DNA from: Candidatus Dormiibacterota bacterium
Lineage (GTDB): Bacteria > Chloroflexota > Dormibacteria > Aeolococcales > Bog-877
Length of the DNA: 64,000 bases
Assembly (NCBI GenBank): GCA_027313505.1
Contig: DAHVDN010000012.1
Span: 1,267-65,266, forward strand
Direction of reading: 5' to 3'
Below, in pieces: positions 36,393-46,321 of the stretch (position 1 is the stretch's first letter; each line of letters opens with the position of its first letter). Both the position numbers and the translations under genes were made by a program. The notes beneath the pieces were generated by a model. The model worked only from the letters and a program-made list of their open reading frames with translations, ran no database searches and had not been told where the DNA came from.

Positions 36393-37649
36393 ATGAGCGG
36401 GAAAGCCGGACCCGTGAAGACCGAGGGGTCCTACTCCTCGATTTCCGGTCCGACGGTGATCTTGCTGGCCGCGGCCTGCGGGTTGGCGGTTGCGAATCTG
36501 TATTACGCCCAGCCTTTACTGCACATTCTGGCGGCCGACTTCGGAAGTAGCCCAGCTGCGGTCACCACCGTGGTCACCGTCACCCAGGTGGGCTACGCGG
36601 CCGGGCTGCTGCTCCTGGTGCCGCTCGGGGATCTTCTGAACCGTCGGAGATTGGTGGGGTTGGTCCTTGTCCTGGACGGGCTCGCGCTGGCCGGCGCTGG
36701 GCTGAGCGGAAACCTCATGGCCTTCGAAGTCTGTTCGCTGGTGGTTGGATGCACATCGGTGGTGGCTCAGGTGCTGGTGCCCTTTGCTGCCGATCTCGCC
36801 TCGGATGAGCGTCGCGGGCAGGTCGTTGGGACGGTCATGACCGGGCTTTTGCTGGGCATCCTGCTGGGCCGAACGGTCTCCGGTCTGCTGGCGGCGTGGG
36901 CGGGCTGGAGGAGCGTCTACTGGGCAGCCAGTGTGACCATGGTGGTTTTGGCGGTGACGCTGGGACGCCTGCTCCCCCGGGTCCGGCCGGTGACCTCGAT
37001 GAACTATTCGCAGCTCCTGCGGTCGACCGCTCGGCTGGCCATGGACGAGCCGGTGCTCAGGCAGCGAGCCGTGTTGGGCGGCCTTGCCTTCGCAGCGTTC
37101 AGCGCTGCCTGGACCACTCTCGCCTTCCTGCTGTCAGGCCCGCCTTATCACTTCCACATCGCGGTCATAGGCCTCTTCGGCCTGGTCGGTGCGGCCGGTG
37201 CCGTCTGCGCCAGCTTCGCCGGTAGGTTGGCGGATCGGGGATGGGCTCGGCCGGCGTCGATCGGGTTCGCCCTGGTGGTCGCGCTGGCTTTTGCCCTCAT
37301 GATCCTGGGCCGGACAGCGCTCATCCCATTGCTCGCAGGGGTCGTGGCCCTGGATATCGGGGTCCAGGGGCTGGGGATAACCAACCAGAGCCTGATTTAC
37401 GGACTTCGAGACGGTGCCCGCAGCCGGCTCAACAGCGTTTACATGACCACCTATTTCGTGGGGGGATCGCTGGGGTCGGCCGGGGCTGGACTCATTTACA
37501 CCGCATCGGGCTGGGTCGGGGTGTGCGTCTTCGGACTGGCCCTTGCGTCCTCCCTGGTGGCTGTCTCCAGCCTGGATCCCAAGGGGAGGCCGCTCGACCG
37601 CGATGGATCCGTGGCCGCGGCGGGCCGGAGGCGGACACAGTCCAGCTAG
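36393..37649 (+). CDS. MFS transporter (12 TM)
   Basis: VANLYYAQPLL, LVPLGDLLNRRRL, GILLGRTVSG, GRLADRG, RSRLNSVYM. Confidence 0.92.
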   Translation: MSGKAGPVKTEGSYSSISGPTVILLAAACGLAVANLYYAQPLLHILAADFGSSPAAVTTVVTVTQVGYAAGLLLLVPLGDLLNRRRLVGLVLVLDGLALAGAGLSGNLMAFEVCSLVVGCTSVVAQVLVPFAADLASDERRGQVVGTVMTGLLLGILLGRTVSGLLAAWAGWRSVYWAASVTMVVLAVTLGRLLPRVRPVTSMNYSQLLRSTARLAMDEPVLRQRAVLGGLAFAAFSAAWTTLAFLLSGPPYHFHIAVIGLFGLVGAAGAVCASFAGRLADRGWARPASIGFALVVALAFALMILGRTALIPLLAGVVALDIGVQGLGITNQSLIYGLRDGARSRLNSVYMTTYFVGGSLGSAGAGLIYTASGWVGVCVFGLALASSLVAVSSLDPKGRPLDRDGSVAAAGRRRTQSS

Positions 37650-37653
37650 GCGT

Positions 37654-38817
37654 TCAGGCGAGACGCTCCAAAATCATCGCCATCCCCATACCTCCTCCGA
37701 CGCACATGGTCTCCAACCCCATCGTCTTGTCGGCTGTTTTGAGGCCGTTGAGGAGGGTGCAGGTGATCCTGGCTCCGGTCATGCCGAACGGGTGTCCCAG
37801 CGCTATCGACCCCCCGAACACGTTGAGCTTGTCCCCCATGGGGTCAAGCCCGATGCCTCGCGCGGAAGGGATCACCTGGGCGGCGAAGGCCTCGTTTATC
37901 TCAACCAGGTCGATGTCCTGGATCCTCATCCCGGCACGCCGGAGGACTTGCGCGGTGGCCGGGATCGGCCCGAGCCCCATGTATTCCGGCTCCAGCGCGG
38001 CCACCGCGGTCGCCACAACCCTCGCCAGCGGTTGGATTCCCAGCTCCTGGGCCCTATCCAACGACATGACCACGACCGCTGCCGCCCCGTCGTTTAGCGG
38101 GCACGCATTGCCCGCCGTCACCGTACCCCCCTCTTTGAAGACGGGCTTCAAGGTGGAGAGCACCTCAACTGTGGTGTTGGGTCTTGGTCCGTCGTCGCGG
38201 TCCATGACCGACCCACCTGACAGGGGCACTGGGATGATCTCGCGAGCGAAGAAGCCGTCATCCTGAGACCGCACTGCGAGGTTCTGGCTCCTGGCCGCAA
38301 ACGCATCCATCTCCTCCCGGGTGATGCCCTCGCGCTCGGCGACATTCTCCGCGGTGAGCCCCATGGGCAGGTAGAGGTCGGGGAATCCCTCAGTGTTGTC
38401 CGGCAAGAGGCGGGGGTTGCGGGCGTCGGGCGGGTCGGAGGTGCCGTGGCCGTAGCGACTAACCGTCTCCACCCCCATGGAGACGAAGACATCACCCTCC
38501 CCTGCCCTGATGGCGTGCGCCGCCATTCTGGTGGTCTGGAGGGATGAGCTGCAATACCGGGTGATGGTGGTGCCTGGGGCGTTCACCCCGGACAGGATGC
38601 TGATCGCTCGTCCGAGGTTGAAGCCAGACTCACCTCCCGGAAGCCCGCAGCCGCAGATGACGTCCTCAATGTCAGAGGGATCTAGCTGGGGGAGCTTGGC
38701 CAACACCTGCTTCAGCACGTGGGCACCCAGATCGTCCGGACGCCAGTCAACCAGGGACCCCTTTCCCGCCCTTCCAATCGGAGTTCTTCCGGCCGCCACT
38801 ATCACCGCTTCGGACAT
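37654..38817 (-). CDS. Acetyl-CoA acyltransferase (thiolase)
   Basis: RTPIG, RYCSSSL, NDGAAA, EINEAFA, GHPFGMTG, MCVGGGMG. Confidence 0.96.
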   Translation of the reverse strand: MSEAVIVAAGRTPIGRAGKGSLVDWRPDDLGAHVLKQVLAKLPQLDPSDIEDVICGCGLPGGESGFNLGRAISILSGVNAPGTTITRYCSSSLQTTRMAAHAIRAGEGDVFVSMGVETVSRYGHGTSDPPDARNPRLLPDNTEGFPDLYLPMGLTAENVAEREGITREEMDAFAARSQNLAVRSQDDGFFAREIIPVPLSGGSVMDRDDGPRPNTTVEVLSTLKPVFKEGGTVTAGNACPLNDGAAAVVVMSLDRAQELGIQPLARVVATAVAALEPEYMGLGPIPATAQVLRRAGMRIQDIDLVEINEAFAAQVIPSARGIGLDPMGDKLNVFGGSIALGHPFGMTGARITCTLLNGLKTADKTMGLETMCVGGGMGMAMILERLA

Positions 38818-38935
38818 CGAACCACCTCCTAGCGCACTCGACCACCAACTGTCGCCGGCGCCGTCCCTTTATCCCAGAACAACTATGGCGCATCCCGCAA
38901 CGGCCGCGCCCTGAAGAGGATTAACCTGGGCTTCC

Positions 38936-39991
38936 GTGGACATCCATGAGGATCCCGCAGGCGACCCCCCGATCCGCCTCGGGCTCTCCCTGGGCTACTG
39001 GGGGTCGGGTCCGCCGGAGGGTACAGCCGAGCTGGTCGGGGAGGCCGAGCGACTCGGCTTCGACTCTGTTTGGACCGCTGAGGCCTACGGCTCGGACAGC
39101 CTGACACCTCTTGCCTGGTGGGGTAGGGGAACCGAGAGGTTGCGCCTCGGCACCGCCGTCGCTCAGATGCACGCCCGCGCCCCGGCCGCCACTGCCATGG
39201 CGGCAGCGACCATGGACCATCTGAGCGGTGGCCGCTTCATATTGGGACTCGGCGCCTCGGGGCCCCAGGTGGTTGAGGGTTGGTATGGCACCTCGTTCGC
39301 TCCACAGCTGGGCGGGACCCGGGAATACGTAGCGATAGTGCGCCAGATCCTTCGCCGCGAAGGGCCCCTGGTCCATGCCGGGACGCGGTACCAGCTGCCC
39401 CTGCCCGGCGGTGCGGGCAAGCCCCTCCAGCTCACAGTTCACCCCAAGCGACAGCAGTTGCCGATCTGGCTTGCCGCAGAGGGCCCCCGGAACATCGCCC
39501 TGGCTGCCGAGATCGCTGATGGCTGGTTGGCCGGGTTTCATGCGCCTTCACGCAGCGATTGGCAAAGGCAGGCACTTGAGGACGGCTTCAGGAGGCGACG
39601 GGAGACTGGACGCCCCCCTTCGTTCGAGATAGCAGCCAATCTGCCCCTGGTTATCGACGACGACATTGAAGCGGCCGCCGATCGGCTCCGGCCGCTGATC
39701 GCCCTTTACGTCGGCGGAATGGGCAGCAAGCGCCACAACTTTCACTTCGACCTCTTCTGTCGAATGGGCTTTGAGGAGCAGGCACTCCACATCCAGGACC
39801 TCTACCTCGCCGGCAATCCCCGCTCAGCCGCCGGGGTGGTGCCGGTAGAGATGGTGGAGGCGGTCGCCCTGATCGGTCCCCCGGCCAAGGTGCAGGAGGA
39901 GGTCGCGCTGTGGCGTCACGGCTTGCCCACCCTTCTCCTGGTGGACGGCCCGGTCAGGCGGCTCCGGCAGGCTGCGGAGCTCTTTCTCTGA
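38936..39991 (+). CDS. LLM-class, probably F420-dependent, oxidoreductase
   Basis: FDSVWTAEAYGSD, TMDHLSGGRFILGLGASGPQVVEGWYG, AAEGPRN. Confidence 0.92.
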   Translation: MDIHEDPAGDPPIRLGLSLGYWGSGPPEGTAELVGEAERLGFDSVWTAEAYGSDSLTPLAWWGRGTERLRLGTAVAQMHARAPAATAMAAATMDHLSGGRFILGLGASGPQVVEGWYGTSFAPQLGGTREYVAIVRQILRREGPLVHAGTRYQLPLPGGAGKPLQLTVHPKRQQLPIWLAAEGPRNIALAAEIADGWLAGFHAPSRSDWQRQALEDGFRRRRETGRPPSFEIAANLPLVIDDDIEAAADRLRPLIALYVGGMGSKRHNFHFDLFCRMGFEEQALHIQDLYLAGNPRSAAGVVPVEMVEAVALIGPPAKVQEEVALWRHGLPTLLLVDGPVRRLRQAAELFL

Positions 39992-40185
39992 CCTCACCGC
40001 TCCAGTTGCACTCCCGGCGGGGGAGAGCCCACCATCCCCAGGGCTGGGGGGGGAGCACAGCCATCGTCGCCGATTGCTGTGGGACGGCACATTGCGGTCG
40101 AGCCCAAGACTGAGGAAGATTGGTGGAAGCGGGCCTGTGGGCCCGCGCCGTTCCGGGCCGCCGTCGGCTCGGCTCAAGGAGTGAA

Positions 40186-40659
40186 GTGACTGAATCACCG
40201 GATTCTCTGGAAGCTCTCCGAGCGGGCGTCGGACAGTCGCTTGGGGTCAGTCCCTGGCACCTGATTACCCAGGCGCAGGTTGACCTCTTCGCCGAGGCGA
40301 CCGGCGATCACCAATGGATACACGTCGACCCCTCAAGGGCCAGCTCCGGGCCATTCGGCGGCACCATCGCCCATGGGTATCTCACTCTTTCGATGCTGCC
40401 GATGCTGCTCCAGGAGCTGGTGAGAGTCCCGGGGGTCGCCCTGGCAGTCAACTACGGGGTGAACCGGGTCCGCTTCACCTCGCCGGTGCCCGTTGGGGCC
40501 AGGGTTCGTGCAGCGGCTCTGGTGAAGGAGGCGACAGAGATCGACGGCGGGTTACAACTGGTGCTGTCGGTGACAGTTGAGATTGAGGGTCGGGATAAGC
40601 CGGCCTGTGTGGCTGAGACGGTCACCCGTCTGTACCGTCCCAGGCCAGGTGAGGAGTAG
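40186..40659 (+). CDS. MaoC family dehydratase
   Basis: FAEATGDHQWIHVD, TIAHGYLTLS, NYGVNRVRF. Confidence 0.93.
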   Translation: MTESPDSLEALRAGVGQSLGVSPWHLITQAQVDLFAEATGDHQWIHVDPSRASSGPFGGTIAHGYLTLSMLPMLLQELVRVPGVALAVNYGVNRVRFTSPVPVGARVRAAALVKEATEIDGGLQLVLSVTVEIEGRDKPACVAETVTRLYRPRPGEE

Positions 40660-40664
40660 AGATC

Positions 40665-41417
40665 ATGAGATTTGACAACCGGGTGGCGCTGGTGACCGGT
40701 GCGGGTCGGGGCATCGGCTCGGCGACCGCGCAACGGCTGGCCAACGAAGGGGCGGCGGTCGCGGTAGCCGACATCGATCTGGAGGTGGCGGAGGAGACCG
40801 CTGACGCGATCCGCGTCAGCGGTGGTTCGGCGATCGCCATGGCCTGCGATGTGAGTCGGCGATCCGACGTTGCCGCAATGGTGGAGCGCACCGTCTCCGA
40901 GTTGGGCCGCCTGGACATCCTGGTGACCTGCGCCGGGTTGATACGCGACAACCTGGTCCACAAGATGACCGAGGACGATTGGGACCTCGTTATCGACACT
41001 CACCTCAAGGGCAGTTTCCTCTGCGCCCAATCCGCCCAGGCGGTGATGGTGGCTCAGAAGTCGGGCCGGATCATCTTGATTTCTTCCACCTCCGCCTTGG
41101 GAAACCGGGGCCAGGCGAACTACTCGGCGGCAAAAATGGGCATTCAAGGGCTGGCCAGGACGCTGGCGCTGGAGCTCGGCCGCTACCAGATAACGTGCAA
41201 CGTGGTTGCTCCCGGATTCATCGAGACCCGTATGACCGAGGCGACGGCCGCGCGGATGGGGGTCAGCTTCGAGCAGCTCGCAGAAGGGTTCGCCGCCACT
41301 AACCCCATCCCGCGCACCGGAAAGCCGGACGACGTGGCGGGGGCGATCGCATTTCTTGCCAGCGACGACGCCAGCTACGTGACCGGTCAGGTCCTCTATG
41401 TGAGGGGTGCTCCCTAG
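40665..41417 (+). CDS. SDR oxidoreductase (FabG-like)
   Basis: TGAGRGIG, GQANYSAAK, PGFIET. Confidence 0.93.
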   Translation: MRFDNRVALVTGAGRGIGSATAQRLANEGAAVAVADIDLEVAEETADAIRVSGGSAIAMACDVSRRSDVAAMVERTVSELGRLDILVTCAGLIRDNLVHKMTEDDWDLVIDTHLKGSFLCAQSAQAVMVAQKSGRIILISSTSALGNRGQANYSAAKMGIQGLARTLALELGRYQITCNVVAPGFIETRMTEATAARMGVSFEQLAEGFAATNPIPRTGKPDDVAGAIAFLASDDASYVTGQVLYVRGAP

Positions 41418-41423
41418 CCGCTG

Positions 41424-42206
41424 ATGACGCCCGCCACCGGTGTCGAGCTGAAGGACCGAGTCGCCCTGGTGACCGGTGCCACCCGGGGGATTGGCTACGA
41501 GACCGCTCGCGCCCTCATCTCCCAGGGGTGTCGGGTGGCGATCTCAGCCCGCCGGGAGGCCGAGCTGGCGGAGGCGGCAGCTTCGCTGGGCGAGCTGGGC
41601 CGGCAAGCAGTTTTGCCGGTGCGGGCCCACGCCGGGGTGCTGGAGGATTCGGTGCGGCTGGTGGGGGAGGTGATGGAGGTCTATGGGCGGCTGGACATCC
41701 TGATCAATAATGCCGCTGCCAATCCCCATTTCGGGATGACCCTGGATGTCGAGCCGGGAGCCTGGGACAAGACTTTTGAGGTCAACCTTCGCGGACCACT
41801 CTTTCTCATCCGCGAGGCGCATCGGGTCTGGATGGGGGAACACGGCGGAGCCATAGTCAACGTGTCGAGTGTTGGCGGCGCCTCTCCGACGCCGGGGCTC
41901 GGGGTGTACGACATCACCAAGGCAGCTCTGAACATGCTGACCAAGCAGCTGGCGATGGAGCTGGGTCAGGATCGGATAAGGGTGAACGCCGTCGCCCCGG
42001 GCGTGGTTCGTACAGCGTTCGCAGCACCCCTGGTCTCCAATCCTGCCATTCAACAAGCTACCGTCGAGCGCAATCCCCTTGGTAGATTCGCCGAGCCTCA
42101 CGAGGTGGCAGAGGTGATCCTCTTCCTGGTTTCCGATCGAGCTTCGTATATCAACGGCGCCGTCATAGCCGTGGACGGCGGTCTGAGCTCCGGTCCCGGG
42201 CTCTGA
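41424..42206 (+). CDS. SDR oxidoreductase
   Basis: TGATRGIG, NNAAANP, YDITK, RVNAVAPG. Confidence 0.92.
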   Translation: MTPATGVELKDRVALVTGATRGIGYETARALISQGCRVAISARREAELAEAAASLGELGRQAVLPVRAHAGVLEDSVRLVGEVMEVYGRLDILINNAAANPHFGMTLDVEPGAWDKTFEVNLRGPLFLIREAHRVWMGEHGGAIVNVSSVGGASPTPGLGVYDITKAALNMLTKQLAMELGQDRIRVNAVAPGVVRTAFAAPLVSNPAIQQATVERNPLGRFAEPHEVAEVILFLVSDRASYINGAVIAVDGGLSSGPGL

Positions 42207-42379
42207 TGCCCCTGGGTCTGGGGACTCCAGGATTGGCCACCGCACAATGAATGAGGACTGAGTTTGTGGTCGCGACCATTGCAGAATTCGCCATGGCCAT
42301 CAATAATCCGGAGCGCAAAGGAACCAGCTGGCCGAATGTTTATGCCAGCAGCCGAACAGGGGTTCACGGGAGGTGAAGG

Positions 42380-43519
42380 TTGGAGCTCAGGGACACCGCT
42401 GAGGAGTCGGCGTTTCGGGGAGCGCTGCGCGCTTGGATCGTAGCCACCCTCCCTCCGGAGCTGACCGGACTCGGAACTCGCCACGAGAGCCTGGAGCTCT
42501 TGCGCGAGTGGAGCCGCGCTCTGGCTGCGGCGGGTTATGCAGGCCTCACCTGGCCAAAGGAGTACGGCGGCGGTGGTGGGAAACACTCAGAGGAGGCGAT
42601 AGTCCTTGAAGAGTTGGCCAGAGCCGACGCCCCTCAGCACGTCGGAGCGATCGGGCTGGGGATGGCTGGCCCAACCATCATGGTGCACGGCACAGATGAG
42701 CAAAAGAGCCAACACCTGCCCCGAATACTCGATGCCCGAGAGATCTGGTGCCAGGGTTTCTCGGAGCCGGGCGCCGGCTCTGACCTGGCGTCGTTGAGGA
42801 CCCGGTCGGAGTTGCGCGGTGACACCTTCCTGGTTAACGGCCAGAAGGTGTGGTCCTCCTACGCTCACATCGCCGACTGGTGCATCCTAGTCACCCTCAG
42901 CGATCCGGATGCCCCGAGGTACCAAGGGCTGACCTACCTTCTGGTCGATATGCACTCGAAGGGGGTGGAGGTTCGGCCCCTTCGACAAATCACCGGTGAC
43001 GCCGATTTCAACGAGATCTTCTTCACCGATGTCGAGGTCCCGGCCAGCAACGTTTTGGGGGCGGTGGGGAACGGCTGGCAGGTGGCGATGACCACCCTCC
43101 TGCACGAGAGGGCCACCCTCGGCTTCGCCCTCACCGGCTTCTTGGACGGACACGTCCAGCGGCTGCTGCGGCTTGCGGCCGCCGAGCCGCAGCAGTCGGA
43201 GTCGTGGCTTGAGGAGATTGCCGCGGAGTGGGCGCAGCTTCAGGCGCTGAAGCTGACCGCATACCGCTCGCTGGGTCAGCTTGATCTGACCGGTATGCCG
43301 GGCCCGGAGGGTTCCGTAATTAAGCTGGCCTGGTCGGAGTCGAACCAGCGCGTTACCAAGCTTGCCCGTCAGCTGCTGGGACCGGAAGCGGTTCTCGACG
43401 ACGGCTTCTGGCAGTATCAGCAGCTTCGCAGCCGAGCCAACACCATCGAGGCTGGAACCTCCGAGATTCTGCGCAACATCATTGCCGAGCGGGTGTTGAA
43501 CCTGCCGAGGTCACGCTGA
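42380..43519 (+). CDS. Acyl-CoA dehydrogenase
   Basis: WCQGFSEPGAGSDLASL, NGQKVW, FNEIFF, TLLHER, TIEAGTSEI. Confidence 0.95.
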   Translation: MELRDTAEESAFRGALRAWIVATLPPELTGLGTRHESLELLREWSRALAAAGYAGLTWPKEYGGGGGKHSEEAIVLEELARADAPQHVGAIGLGMAGPTIMVHGTDEQKSQHLPRILDAREIWCQGFSEPGAGSDLASLRTRSELRGDTFLVNGQKVWSSYAHIADWCILVTLSDPDAPRYQGLTYLLVDMHSKGVEVRPLRQITGDADFNEIFFTDVEVPASNVLGAVGNGWQVAMTTLLHERATLGFALTGFLDGHVQRLLRLAAAEPQQSESWLEEIAAEWAQLQALKLTAYRSLGQLDLTGMPGPEGSVIKLAWSESNQRVTKLARQLLGPEAVLDDGFWQYQQLRSRANTIEAGTSEILRNIIAERVLNLPRSR

Positions 43520-44574
43520 TGGACTTCACCTTTACCCGGGAGCAACGGGAATTTCAGCAGCAGGCTCGCTCCTTCCTAGAGCACCGCTTTCCGCCGCAGG
43601 TGGTCGCTTCCCTGGCCGACTCCCAAGAGGGTTGGGACGTGGACTCATGGGAGGCGATTGCCAATCTCGGGTGGCTCGGAGTTTCCGTGCCGGAGAGTGA
43701 GGGTGGTGCCGGACTAACCTTCCTCGAGGAGGCGATCCTTCTCGAGGAGTTCGGGCGTTGCCTGTACCCCGGCCCATTCATGTCCTCGATTGGGCTGGCG
43801 CGTCCGGCGATTCCGGCTGATCGGCTGGGGGGGTTGGCGGCGGGGCGCTCCCGCTGGTCCGTGGCCATGGCAGCCGGTTCGGAGCTGGTCCCTGACCTCG
43901 CCGCTGTGGATGCAGTGGTGGTCGAGCGGGAGCGGGAGCTATGGGTGGTCCCGGCATCGGCAGGGTTGGAGCGGTCAATCGATTCCACCCGCCCGATGGG
44001 GAGGCTCAGCGAAGTAGAGGGTGCGGAGCGCCTCGCGAGTGGAGAAGAGGCAGCCGAGCTTTCTGCCCAGCTGCGGATTCGCAAGGATGCGGCTCTGGCC
44101 GTGGAAGCCGTGGGAGTGGCCCAGCAGGTCCTCGAATGGGGCATCGAGCACGCGCGGACCAGAGAGCAGTTCGGCAGGCCGATAGGCTCCTACCAGGCGG
44201 TCTCCCATCCCCTAGTGGACAGCTTCGTGGAGCTTGAGTTGGCGCGCTCTTTGAGCTACTGGGCGGCCTGGTGCATCAGCGCGGGGCATGGCCAGTCCGA
44301 GGCCGCGGCGCGTGCCGCCTACGCCTCTGCGGTGGAAGCGACGGTTGGCACCTGTGAGCGAGTCATCCAGGTGCATGGCGGGATGGGCTTCACCTGGGCT
44401 AGTCCATTTCACAGGTATTACAAGCGGGCTCTTTGGATCGAGTATTTTGGGGGATCCCCGGCGATGCATCGAAGGGATTTGGCCCGAACTTTGATGACTG
44501 ATGCCGGCGCTCAGAGCCCGGACCGCGGGCGGCAGGCCACCACCGCTAAAGGAGGTTCGCGTCCATGGGCATGA
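43519..44574 (+). CDS. Acyl-CoA dehydrogenase family protein (reduced partner subunit)
   Basis: REQFGRPIGSYQAVSH and QVHGGMGFTW; lacks EPGAGSD; coupled to the upstream ACAD by TGATG. Confidence 0.88.
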   Translation: MDFTFTREQREFQQQARSFLEHRFPPQVVASLADSQEGWDVDSWEAIANLGWLGVSVPESEGGAGLTFLEEAILLEEFGRCLYPGPFMSSIGLARPAIPADRLGGLAAGRSRWSVAMAAGSELVPDLAAVDAVVVERERELWVVPASAGLERSIDSTRPMGRLSEVEGAERLASGEEAAELSAQLRIRKDAALAVEAVGVAQQVLEWGIEHARTREQFGRPIGSYQAVSHPLVDSFVELELARSLSYWAAWCISAGHGQSEAAARAAYASAVEATVGTCERVIQVHGGMGFTWASPFHRYYKRALWIEYFGGSPAMHRRDLARTLMTDAGAQSPDRGRQATTAKGGSRPWA

Positions 44575-46187
44575 TGAAGGTCTCGCTCAATAGCTGGTTG
44601 ATGTTCGACCACGCCGAACGGTACTTCCCAGATACCGAGATCGTGACCCAGGTTGGTCCTGGGCTTCGCCACCGGTACACCTACCGGGAGTTCAGCCACC
44701 GAACGCAGCAGCTGATGCACGCGCTGGACTATCTGGGGCTTGATCAAGGGACTCATCTGGCGACCCTCGCCTGGAATGGCTATCGACATCTGGAGTGCTA
44801 CTTCGCGATACCGTGCACGGGCAGGGTCCTCCACACCCTCAACCCCAGGCTCCCCACACCGGACTTGGAATTCATCATCACCGAGGCCGACGACCAGGTG
44901 ATCTTTGTCGACGAGAGTCTCCTGCCGGTCCTGGAGAGGGTCGGGAATTCCCTGGCCGGGGTCAGGCAGATCGTGGTCTTCGCCGAAGGAGTCCCGGAGA
45001 GCTCGCTACCGAATTTGGTCAGCTATGAGCAGTTGCTCTCGGGCCATCCCACCAGGTATCCGCGCCGGGAGATTGAGGAGGAGACCGTCCTGGGAATCTG
45101 CTACACCTCGGGGACCACCGGCCGGCCCAAGGGGGTCGAGTACACCCACCGCTCGACCTACCTTCACGCGCTGACAACCACCTCGGGGGCAGCGACCGGG
45201 CTGGGCCCACAGGATGCCGGCCTGGCGGTCGTGCCGATGTTCCATGTGAATGCGTGGGGGGCTCCTTTCGCCTCCACCATGGTCGGCGCCAAGCAGGTGT
45301 TCACCGGACCATTCATGGACCCCTCCAGCATTGTCAGCCTGATGGTCGATGAAGAGGTCACGATAGCTTTGGGGGTACCCACGATTTGGGCTGGCGTCGC
45401 CGAGGAGCTGACTCGTCAGCAGGTCAAGCTGCCCCATCTCCGCTTCGTCATGGCGGGTGGAAGCCAGCCCCCGATGGCCCTCATAGAGCGCTATGAGAAG
45501 GAGTTCGGGATCACCCTTGTCCAGGGGTGGGGGATGACCGAGACCTCCCCGGTGGCCGCTCTGGCGTGGCCCAAGGAGAGGATGCGGGCCTGGGACGCCG
45601 ATCGGGTGAGAGCGGAGGTTCGCATCAAGGCGGGTTTGCCGCTGCCGGGGATCGACGTCAAGATCGTCGGCGAAAACGATGAGGAGCTCCCATCTGATGG
45701 AAGCTCGGTCGGCGAGCTTCTGGTCAGAGGCCCCTGGGTAATCGACTCCTACCGGGGCGGGGCGACTCCGGAGCGCTTCACCGATGACGGCTGGTTCAGG
45801 ACCGGAGATGTGGCATCGATGTCTCCCGAGGGTTACTTTGTGATCGTTGACAGGACCAAGGACCTCATCAAGTCCGGGGGGGAGTGGATCTCGTCGGTCG
45901 ACATGGAGGGCGACATCATGGCGATGTCCGGGGTGCTCGAAGCAGCCGTAGTCGCCATTCCGGATGAGAAGTGGCAGGAACGGCCGCTGGCGGCAGTAGT
46001 CCCGCGGCCCGGAGCGGAGATCTCCTTGGACCAGGTCCGCAGCCACCTTCTGGAGAGGGGCTGGGAGAAGTGGCAACTCCCGGACCGGCTGGAGCTCCTG
46101 GATTCGGTCCCCAAGACCGGTGTCGGCAAGTTTGATAAGAAGGTGCTTCGCTCGCGGTACGGAGCTTCCAGTCCGCCACCCGCCTAG
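44565..46187 (+). CDS. Fatty-acid--CoA ligase
   Basis: YTSGTTGRPKG, PMFHVNAWG, WGMTETSP, TGD, DRTKDLIKSGGEWISS, GKFDKK. Confidence 0.95.
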   Translation: MGMMKVSLNSWLMFDHAERYFPDTEIVTQVGPGLRHRYTYREFSHRTQQLMHALDYLGLDQGTHLATLAWNGYRHLECYFAIPCTGRVLHTLNPRLPTPDLEFIITEADDQVIFVDESLLPVLERVGNSLAGVRQIVVFAEGVPESSLPNLVSYEQLLSGHPTRYPRREIEEETVLGICYTSGTTGRPKGVEYTHRSTYLHALTTTSGAATGLGPQDAGLAVVPMFHVNAWGAPFASTMVGAKQVFTGPFMDPSSIVSLMVDEEVTIALGVPTIWAGVAEELTRQQVKLPHLRFVMAGGSQPPMALIERYEKEFGITLVQGWGMTETSPVAALAWPKERMRAWDADRVRAEVRIKAGLPLPGIDVKIVGENDEELPSDGSSVGELLVRGPWVIDSYRGGATPERFTDDGWFRTGDVASMSPEGYFVIVDRTKDLIKSGGEWISSVDMEGDIMAMSGVLEAAVVAIPDEKWQERPLAAVVPRPGAEISLDQVRSHLLERGWEKWQLPDRLELLDSVPKTGVGKFDKKVLRSRYGASSPPPA

Positions 46188-46321
46188 GCGTCGCCACCCT
46201 GTGGTCGTGCGGCAGCCACTCTTGGTACTTAGGATTGCGTTGGGCCGATAGGGGCCCAACCGGTGTCGGCTGGCCGCTGTGCATCCGCTCAAGCCAGAAG
46301 CCCAGTCGAAGGAGAGATGGC

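Noticed and set aside
42207-42379. CACAA...TTGTG inverted repeat and a TTGCAG-N17-AATAAT promoter-like sequence before the ACAD genes
   Set aside because: The arms are only 5 bp and the -10 is poor; too weak to call without comparative data.
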